64,000 nucleotides of DNA from Eledone cirrhosa (lineage: Eukaryota): positions 1-64,000 of the forward strand of contig OZ024752.1 of the NCBI GenBank assembly GCA_964016885.1, read 5' to 3'. Position 1 is the stretch's first letter, and the number at the start of each line of letters is the position of its first letter. The position numbers and the translations under genes are program-made. A model generated the notes under the pieces. The model had not been told where the DNA came from. It searched no databases and saw nothing but the letters and a program-made list of their open reading frames with translations. Positions 54,343 through 64,000 of this stretch are shown here, piece after piece.

Positions 54343-54790
54343 TCATCTGTCCCTTAGTCTGATGGTCTGTTGGGGCACCACAGATGACCTGGAAAACAGC
54401 TCCCTCCATTCTTCTCGCCTCTCCACCCTCCTCGTGGTTGTATCCAGCTTCATGCCTGTCCAATCCGGTATGTTGTCCTCCCATCTCTTTTTATATCTGC
54501 CTCTCTTCTTCCCTCCTCGTACTGATCCCTGCAGGACAATCTTAGCAAGTCCTGAAGATCTTGTCACGTGCCCGTACCATCTCAACTTGCGTTTTTTTAA
54601 CAAAGGTCAGTAGGTCTTCGTAGGGCCCGATGGCTTGGCAAATTCTGTTTCGCACCTCCTCATTGGAGATGCGGTCTCTGGAGGTGATGCCAAGGAGCTT
54701 TCAGAAGCATCTCACCTCCATGCCAGAGATGCGACGCTGTGGAATCGAACGCAGAACCTAATGATTCCGAAGAGAACTTCTTGACCATTC
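54343..54790 (-). mobile_element. RTE/BovB-like LINE 3' fragment
   Basis: KRKLRWYGHVTRSSGLAKIVLQGSVRGGKKRGR..KRWEDNI. Confidence 0.85.
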
Positions 54791-55234
54791 GGTCATGTTG
54801 CTTCCACAATAAACGGCAACATAGATGAAATAACAGACTATCGTCATTCTCCGTGGCAACGTTTCCGCCATTTTGTCTGGAGCTGATCACCGCCTTGACT
54901 GGAGTGTAGCGACTGTCTCTCCCCTTCTCCTTTATTCCGTTGCTTGATTCTTCTTTCTTTCTGCTTCCCTTTTCATTTTCTTTTTTCTCCTTCCCTTTCT
55001 GTCCATTTTAGTTGTGAAGATTTCGTGCGTTTATATAAATAGTTTTGTACGAATTTAAATAGAAAATAAGTTTTTTTATTCTTCATTCTAGAAACCTTCT
55101 TCTTCTTCTTCTTCTTCTTCTTCTTCTCCTTCTCCTCCGCCTCCCGTTTCTCCTCCCACTTATTCCTGGGAGGGTCGTAGGAGCATTAAAGTCATGTTCA
55201 TTGAGACTTAGCTATCACACCAACATTTGACCAG

Positions 55235-55683
55235 AACAAACGAATGAACGAATAAATGAATGGATAAATGAAAGAATTGAATGAATGAACGAATCATTGA
55301 ATAAAATAATCAGTGAATAAACGAATCATTGAATAAATGAATCACCGAATAAAGAAATCACTGAATAAAGGAAGGAATCACTGAATAAAAGAACGAAATC
55401 ACTGAATAAATGAACGAATCATTGAATAAATGAACGAATCACTGATTAAAGGATCGAATCACTGAATGAAAGAATCACTGAATAAAGGAAAGAATCACTG
55501 AATAAAGGAAAGAATCACTGAATAAAGGAAAGAATCACTGAATAAAGGAAAGAATCACTGAATAAAGGAACCAATCACTGAATAAACGAACGAATGACTG
55601 AATAAATGAACAAATCACTGAATAAATGAACCTTTGAATAAAGGAATTACTGAATAAAGGAATCACTGAATAAAGGAATGAAT
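55235..55683. repeat. ~20-bp minisatellite (GAATCACTGAATAAAGGAAA)n
   Basis: Several exact units at 55472-55570, degenerate flanks. Confidence 0.92.
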
Positions 55684-56898
55684 GCTAGAAGTACCTTGGA
55701 ATTCTGGAAAACATCTCCTGCAGTTGTGCTTCTGACAAAGAACATGTTATCAGGGAATACTATACGATAATTAAAAGGGAAATATATTGTAATGAGAACT
55801 CTCTGTCGGCTAAATAATCAATAGTCACAATGTGTTTCACTGTAACACTACACAGACATAACAGCATTTACAATGTTTTAGTATATACACACGTATATAC
55901 ACCACATATATATATACACACGTATATACACCACATATATATACACACGTATATACACTACATATATATACACACGTATATACATACACATACATATATA
56001 CACACGTATATAGAGAGAGAGACACACACACACATACACACATATATACAAGCACACACAAACACACACATATACAAACACACACACATACACACATGTA
56101 TACAAGCACACACAAACACACACATATACAAACACACACACATGCATACACACTCATACACACACATATACAAACAAACACGCATACCCACATATACAAA
56201 CACACTCACATATCTACACACTCATACATACAAACACGCGCACACACATACATATACACGCGTATACACTAACATACACACACATACACACACGTATACA
56301 CTCACATACACACACATACACTCACATACACAAACACACACATACACATACACATACACACACAAACACACACAAACAAACACATACACACATAAATACA
56401 CACGCTAACACACACACACACATATACAAACAAACACGCATACACACATATACAAACACACTCACATATCTACACACTCAAACATACAAACACGCGCACA
56501 CACATACATATACACACGTATACACTAACATACACACACATAGACACTCACATATACACACGTATACACTCACATACACACACACATACACAAACACACA
56601 CAAACAAACACATACACACATAAATACACACGCTAACACACACACACACACACACAAACAAACACACACATACGTATATACACTACATTTAATACTTGTA
56701 ATACCATCTCGTACGTAAAGCGTTGTTCAATCTGACAAATTCCCATGTGAACCATTAACAATTAAACAAAAAGTCTCTAAGTATCCCAGCTTGTTTTAAT
56801 TTCCAATGCTTCAAAGAATATAACTTTGTTTCAAATTTACAACTTTAAAAATACTGACCAAAATATATTTCGCTGTTCATAATAATTTGATCAAACTA

Positions 56899-57067
56899 CC
56901 GTATTTCCCGTCGTCGAAGACGCTACTTTTTTCCTAAAATAAGTCTAAAAAAATCTACCATGCGTCCTGGAGGCCGAAGGTTGTTTATTATTAAAAAAAA
57001 AATTTTTGGTTGTCAAAATTAATGTGCGTCCTTGAGGACGAGGCGTCTTCGGCGCCGGGAAATACGG
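56899..57067. mobile_element. Tc1/mariner-superfamily (pogo/Tc2-like) MITE
   Basis: TIR CCGTATTTCCCG/CGGGAAATACGG with imperfect extension, TA on both sides. Confidence 0.8.
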
Positions 57068-57196
57068 TATGTCGGGTTCAAGTGTATGAGATGAATGAAA
57101 TGAAAACACGACCTTTCCTTTAGCCTTTTATAACGAGACTCAGGCAAACAAATTTCCACCATTTAAGAGTAATCTTTAAAATTTAAATAGTTTTAA

Positions 57197-57392
57197 ACCT
57201 TTAGCATTTACATTACTCTATATTTCCACGGTAAACACTTTATTTCTCATAATATCGAATCTATGAGATTTTGATATTATTTATTTTGAGAATAATACCT
57301 TAACATCAGTATGAGTGGCCCGTTATGGTCAGTTTGAACAGAAAGAAGTGAGAGAATTCTGGCCGGATATGACCGGTTTAAACGCTAAAGGG
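57197..57392. mobile_element. piggyBac-like MITE
   Basis: TTAA flanks; ends ACCTTTAGCATTTA/TAAACGCTAAAGGG; second copy at 58889-59096. Confidence 0.65.
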
Positions 57393-57621
57393 TTAATTCA
57401 CTACTTTTAACGAATATAACTGCTACGATTTTATAACATAAAATGTTGACTTAAATATATTTCGTGGTTTATAATAATTGTTTATATGAAGAATATTTAA
57501 TGAAGTAAGCCTCGGTTAAGGTGACAATGTGTGAGGGGAGGCTAAGATATGTATATATATATATATATACTAAAATATATATGTATACACACACACACAC
57601 ACACACAAACACACAAACACA

Positions 57622-58245
57622 CGAAGTACACTCAAGAAGTTAAGTTTTGAGACTTTCTTTGCAGTCACTTTTAACTGACCTATGTAACTGTCACTCTAAT
57701 ACATTCTTGATATGGTTATAATAAACTAACATGCCAAATATTTTTTCCAGGTTGCAGGTTCGAATCGCTACTGCACTGTCAACACTACCTGTCATACATG
57801 TCTTGTCACAGCTGACTGGTTCTATAATGCAGTCGGGGCATGAGGACAATTTGAGGCTCGATATGCAATAAAGTCTTTTGTAGAGCTTGGTAAAAGTGCT
57901 ACAGAAACCTATGAAATGGTTAAAACTGCTTACAGACTAACTTTCATAAACCAGGTGACTGTTTTCCGCTAGTACAAGTGGTTCCAGGAGGGCAAGCAAC
58001 AAGAGAGGGACGACGAGAGTTGTGGCAGGGAGAGGAACACCAGGACGCCAAAGTTGGTCGACAAAATTCGCAAATTTCTGGTCAACGACCGTCGTGAATC
58101 TCTTCTGACGATTGTTAAACAATTTGAAGTGGCTGAGGGCACTGTGCACAGAGTCAACCATGACCATCTGAACATGCGCAAAGTTTGTGCAAAGTTTCTT
58201 CCCAGGGTGTTCAATGAAGATCAACGGCAGAAACAATTTAACAAG
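57622..58245 (+). mobile_element. Mariner transposon 5' fragment (degenerate transposase N-terminus)
   Basis: FVELGKSATETYEMVKTAY...VFR*YKWFQEG...NDRR...LNMRKVCAKFLPR. Confidence 0.85.
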
Positions 58246-58750
58246 AGCATAAATATGATGATACGTGTGTGGCATACTGATCGACAAAGAAGTGACAAAG
58301 ACGTAAATAGATTTAACAATTGATATCTTGTATCAAAGGAAAACACTACAGCAAGACATTCTTGAAATATACGAAGAAACACTATGACTACATCACATAA
58401 ACAATATTTGCAGTCTTAACTTTTAATACTGCAAATTTTTACGATATGTCACCTAGTAAAAGGATTGTAAACATTTGAATTAAGAAACTCAGTTTTTGAT
58501 ATATTTTTTTGTAAATCATTACAGGATGTTAAGTGATAAAACATGGAGACAGGAAGTAAAAGTGAGAATGAGATTAGCTCTTTTGATAGAAAATGACTAT
58601 TAAATTCTACATATTAAAGTAGGAATTTTTAAGATTTTACTGTGCAAAAAGGTTGTTAAATAGATTATATATAAATACACACACAGACATATATATATAT
58701 ATATACGTATATATATATACACACACACACATATATATATATACATATAT

Positions 58751-58813
<63 letters not shown>

Positions 58814-58869
58814 GGTATGTATATATAATACATATATATATTTAATATATATATATACAGTATATGTAT

Positions 58870-59735
58870 AAAATTTAAATAGTTTTAAACCTTTAGCATT
58901 TACATTACTCTATATTTACTATTGTATTTCCACGGTAAACACTTTATTTCACATAATATCGAATCTATGAGATTTTGATATTATTTATTTTGAGAATAAT
59001 ACCTTAACACCAGTGTGAGTGGCCCGTTATGGTCAGTTTGAACAGAAAGAAGTGAGAGAATTCTGGCCGGATATGACCGGTTTAAACGCTAAAGGGTTAA
59101 TTCACTACTTTTAACGAATATAACTGCTACGATTTTATAACATAAAATGTTGACTTAAATATATTTCGTGGTTTATAATAATTGTTTATATGAAGAATAT
59201 TTAATGAAGTAAGCCTCGGTTAAGGTGACAATGTGTGAGGGGAGGCTAAGATATTTATATATACTAGCAGAAAAACCACCCTTCGGGTGGTTTTCTGCTG
59301 GCATGTGTAGTGTGTATATTGATATTATACGCAAGTATATATACATGTAGATATGATACATCAAATAAAATCGTAATTGACAATATAAACAGAAATTGAA
59401 CGAAGACGTTGTTACACTGTCTTATGTAATCAGTAACGTAATCCATGATACATTAAAAAAAGATGATATTATATATAAACTGCATTAGGAGATAATAAGT
59501 GACAGAAAATTAGTATGTTTATTTAAGTGATCGCCACTGGAAGTGTTGACATCACACACTCTCTCCTTCTATCTATATAGTAGTTGAAGTGGTGGTGGTG
59601 GTGGCAACGATATACCGGAAGTGAAACTTTGAAAAGAAGTAATTCCAAGTAATTCAACTTATTTTACTAACGGGATAAAAAAAAAACCGTACGTAGTCCC
59701 GCAGACCTTCCTTTATTATAGTTTAAATATATATG

Positions 59736-59777
<42 letters not shown>

Positions 59778-60064
59778 AAGTACACTCAAGAAGTTAAGTT
59801 TTGAGACTTTCTTTGCAGTCACTTTTAACTGACCTATGTAACTGTCACTCTAATACATTCTTGATATGGTTATAATAAACTAACATGCCAAATATTTTTT
59901 CCAGGTTGCAGGTTCGAATCGCTACTGCACTGTCAACACTACCTGTCATACATGTCTTGTCACAGCTGACTGGTTCTATAATGCAGTCGGGGCCTGAGGA
60001 CAATTTGAGGCTCGATATGCAATAAAGTCTTTTGTCGAGCTTGGTAAAAGTGCTACAGAAACCT
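58870..60064 (+). repeat. Local direct duplication of 57178-57909 with an extra insertion
   Basis: 58870-59254 matches 57178-57550; 59775-60064 matches 57621-57909. Confidence 0.88.
59263..59721 (+). mobile_element. Insertion in a TA tract, possibly a non-autonomous Helitron/Helentron-type element
   Basis: Absent from the paralogous site (~57550-57585); starts ACTAG with hairpin GCAGAAAAACCACCC-TTC-GGGTGGTTTTCTGC; ends CTTTATTATAG. Confidence 0.5.
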
Positions 60065-60169
60065 GACAAAGAGCGGAAGAACTGATAAGTGTCAACGGCC
60101 ATCCCAAAATGTGTAAATATGTATATACACATGTACATATGTATGTGTATGTATATACGTCTGTATATG

Positions 60170-60778
60170 CCTGGGGTGTCAGGGGGGGGGGGGGCTGGGC
60201 TAACCATGTCCTTTTCAGGATAGCTGGTCCTGCATTGAGTCCCACTTGACACTCAGCTCTCACCTGTGGCCCCAAGAGGCTGTATCATGCGACAGCAGCC
60301 ACACTCTGGTAAACCGCCTTGGCTGGCGGCCCGAACCAAGTTGAGGGTAGCCGGACCGGTCTGAAACACCCATCATGAGTTAGATAGGGGGTGCCTGCCC
60401 CTGCATGCGAAGACTGGACCCGGCGGAGTGAGTGGAGGAGGACAACATCGTCCCAACGGTCACAAAGGCGGTGACAGCAAGCGGTGTGGAGCGCTAGGGC
60501 ACAGCAAGGCACTACAGACGTCGTGGCCATCCACTGCAGCGAAGGAAGTCCCTGGTCGTGACGGTCCTCCGTACCACCGGATTCTGGCTTCTGCGGCCGA
60601 GTGGGACCGTCACTGTGCACTGGCCCTCCCACTATAAACCTTTCCCGCACAGGTTTCTTCTTAATCTAATTAACCCAAAGCCCTGCGGCGATGATCGGCC
60701 TCCACAGCCACCTTCGTGCCCACGGAAGACGGGAAACTAAAATAAAGATGTCATCATCGTTTACGATGGACGACCAAG
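60170..60778 (+). mobile_element. GC-rich non-autonomous bipartite RTE derivative (second family)
   Basis: 3' end encodes IGLHSHLRAH and ends GTCATCATCGTTTACGATGGACGACC; 5' part is structured and RTE-5'UTR-like; no RT sequence. Confidence 0.55.
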
Positions 60779-60855
60779 ATATATATGTATATTAAATATA
60801 TATATATATTATATATATATATATATGAAATATACGTACATATATATATACATAC

Positions 60856-60900
<45 letters not shown>

Positions 60901-61100
60901 CATAGAAACATACACAGGCGATAAATGGAAGTTTATAATACACACACACACAAGTGTATATATACATATATATATATAAACACACTACGATTTATCGTCT
61001 AAGTTCCATTATATTATGTTTCAGTATTTATCTATTTCATATTCTATTTTATTTAATTTTATTCATCGTCATCATCATCGTCATATATGTATGTATGTAT

Positions 61101-62072
61101 GTTTTCTCTTTCTCTTAATTTTGAGTATATTTTTTTGACCGGCCACCTTCCTGGTGGCAAGGTTGTAAAAGAAAAGAAATTGTCATCCCTTGAATCGCAA
61201 GAATGTTTTGCAAATTTTGAAGGTGCCAGCTATCGCAGCCACTTGTAGACTATGAATTAGGGAGCTGCGCTTTTTGTCCGCAAATCCAAGTTCAGTCATA
61301 CTTTGGTCCAAGCGGGTTGGTATATAACCCGTAGCACCAATAATGATGGGTATGAAGCTAAAGGTGTATCTTGGATACTGGATTTGTAAACTCCTCATCA
61401 ATGGTCCGTAGATGTCCTCCTTCTCCTGTATTTTTCTGACAACGTTTACATCAAGTGGGCAGCTGATCTCCACAACAGAACACGTTTTCAATGTGTGGTC
61501 CCAAACTACAATATCAGGCCGGTTGTGCTTTAATCTGGTGGCAGTTTTTATTTTCAGGTTCCACCAGTATTCCTTAGTGCCATCTGTCTCAATATATTCT
61601 TCCTCGTTTGTTGTTAATTTTGTTTTCCGAAGTGCGTTCCAGATGGTTCTAGCTATCCCATCGCGTCTCATGGGGAGGTAGTAGCGAGATGACATTCTTT
61701 CGCAGCTGGCAACAATGTGGCTTACATCCTCGATCTTTGTTTTACATAGCCTACATTTATTGTCAGCTGCTGGCCCTCCTCTTTTGTGCAGCAGATATTT
61801 GGTAGGGAGTTCTTGTTCCTGTATTGCATAGAGATATCCCTCAAGGTGTGATGTCATAAACTTGTCGGAACTCCATGCCAGGCTTTTTGAGTGGTTTATC
61901 CCCTCTATGGTCTGTGTTTTACGCCTCAAGTATCCATGCACAACTTTTTCTGTAAATTGGTCAATTTTTTTTTCTTGTTTGAACATTGAATAGGATCTTC
62001 CGATTTCTCTGGGTGAGAGATTTATATCGGGCTTTATTCCATATCTCTCCTCCAGATCAGTCGCTATTCTAA
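61101..62072 (-). mobile_element. 5'-truncated RLE (R4/Dong-like) LINE, longest copy
   Basis: Open frame 61183-62070: EGYLYAIQEQ, CRLC...HIVASC zinc finger, RPD...VEISCP; (TATG)n on both sides. Confidence 0.9.
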
Positions 62073-62866
62073 TGTATGTATGTATGTATGTATGTATGTA
62101 TGTATGTATGTATGTATGTATGTATGTATGTATGTATGTATGTATGTATGTATGGAGATCTCTCTACACTTGTCGTCACATGGTACCAAAGGCCCAACAC
62201 TATGTGTCACAGGTGTAGTGTTTGTACCAGAGTTTTCAAGTCGCTGGCTGGACTAAAAGTCACACTTGTTTAGCGCATCGGTAGGGGTTCTCCTACATGG
62301 ATATAAAGTAGTGGCCGTACTCGAAAACGAGTTGGCAGCCACCACCATGTATGTATGTATGTGCTAAGTGCGTATATATATGTATGTAAATATTACTCGT
62401 CTGTTACAAAGAATGTTTCATCTATCTGGTTATCTTAGTACCAGTTATATTTCACGCCATCACTCCACCTCTCTCCTCCACGCCATTCGGTCGCTTTTCT
62501 CCTTCTCTCTCCCCACCCTCTCTCTCTTTCCCTCTCTCTCTCTACACACGCACATATATATATATATACGTGGATGTATGTGTGTACCTGTCTTTGTGTC
62601 TGTGTGTATGTGTGGTGTGTGTATGTGGTGTGTGTGTATGTGTGGTGTGTGTGGTGCATGTGTGTGTGTGTATGTCTGTGTGTGTGTGTGTGGGTATGTC
62701 TGTGTATGTATATGTGTTGTGTGTTGTGTGCATGTGTCTGTGTATGTCTGTGTGTGTGTGTATGTCTGTGTGGTGTGTGTGGTGTGTGTGTGTATGTCTG
62801 TGTGTGGTGTGTGTGTGTATGTGTGTGTATGTCTGTGTGTATGTATGTATGTATGTCTGTGTGTAT

Positions 62867-63476
62867 GTCAGGTCACCAGTTGGTGCTACTGGTAACATGT
62901 ATCCCAGTACAACCTGTCTCATGGTCGGGTCGTTGGCGACTAAACTGGCAACCCCACCAAGGTTTCTTGGTGAGGAGGGTGACTTTGGACATCCTGCAGG
63001 ACTAAAAACAAAACCTGTCAAAGGGCAAAGGAGCTCTTAAGAGTCAATGGCCATCCAAAATCACCGGGAGAGATGACCCCTTAGCCTTTGTCAAGGCAGA
63101 ATTCTAGGAGAAGGAAAACTCTGATATAACACCTGCAACCCTGATGGTATCCAATGATGTTGACTTGTTCTTCTTTTTGGTAAATATCATCTTGGTTAAG
63201 AGAGTGGGACTGGCTTTGTGCAGTGCCTTTGCTCACTATAAAAGCTTCACGGCACAGGCATTGCTTTATATTTGGAGATCTCTCTGCACTTGTCGTCACA
63301 TGGTACCATGGGCCCAGCACTATGTGTCAATAATTGTCACAAGTGTAGTGTTTGTACCAGAGTTTTCAAGTCGCTGGCTGGACTAAAAAGTCACACTCGT
63401 TCAGCGCATCGGTAGGGGTTCTCCTACAGGGATATAAAGTAATGGCCGTACTCGAAAACGAGTTGGCAGCCATCAT
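62867..63476 (+). mobile_element. Non-autonomous bipartite RTE derivative
   Basis: Inverted near-identical copy of 20289-20897; internally deleted 3' piece at 62155-62347. Confidence 0.65.
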
Positions 63477-63725
63477 GTCTGTGTATGTATGTGTGTGTGT
63501 GTGGTGTGTGTGTATGTCTGTGTGTGGTGTGTGTGTGTGTGTGTATGTGTGTGTATGTGTGTGTCTGTCTGTGTGTATGTATGTCTGTGTATGTATGTTT
63601 ATGTCTGTGTGTGTGGTATGTCTGTATGTGTGTGTGTGGTGTGTGTGTATGTGTGTGTGTGGTGTGTGTGTGAGGTGTGTGTGTATGTGTGTGTATGATG
63701 TGCCTGTCTTTGTGTCTGTCTGTGT

Positions 63726-63765
<40 letters not shown>

Positions 63766-63922
63766 TGAGTGTGTATGTGTGTGTGTGCCTGTGTCTGTGT
63801 CTGTGTATGTGTGTACATATAATACATACAGATGTATAATATTGCAAAACCAGAACAAAGGCGTTTATTAAGTGAAATATGATTCTTTTAAAAATCTTAT
63901 TTACAAGAAAACGATGTTATTA

Positions 63923-63979
<57 letters not shown>

Positions 63980-64000
63980 ATAAATATATATATATACACA

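Noticed and set aside
55235-55683. CRISPR-like regular repeats (also 34165-34585)
   Set aside because: Head-to-tail minisatellites without unique spacers, eukaryotic context, no cas genes
62867-62955. Possible HDV-like ribozyme at the 5' end of the bipartite element
   Set aside because: CCAGT/ACTGG and a P4-like hairpin with CTAA are present, but P3 and P1 could not be paired in register by eye
63337-63414. C2H2 zinc-finger host exon
   Set aside because: Lies within a multi-copy repeat and resembles the C-terminus of RTE-type ORFs

Overview
Animal (eukaryotic) genomic DNA with no recognisable host gene; the SINE repertoire and a mollusc-type 5S sequence suggest an octopus or other cephalopod (inference). 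About half the window is (TA)n, (TATG)n, (CA)n, (GATA)n and trinucleotide microsatellite, which explains nearly all long ORFs in the track (YI/YV/HT repeats, spurious). The unique islands are almost all transposon relics: 5'-truncated RTE, CR1-like, Tx1/L1-like, R4/Dong-like (RLE) and Vingi-like LINEs, Penelope-like (PLE) GIY-YIG ends, tRNA- and 5S-derived SINEs, bipartite non-autonomous RTE derivatives, a mariner fragment and MITEs. The most striking signal is non-coding: nine consensus-matching and several degenerate type-I hammerhead ribozyme (HHR) motifs from at least five unrelated families, mostly in long head-to-head palindromes embedded in (TA)n. A four-copy ~195-bp hairpin-plus-tail family folds back at an apparent HHR stem II, and its loop occurs in two reverse-complementary (flip/flop) orientations. 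All structures were read by eye, clade names rest on motif recognition, and nothing was computed or searched.
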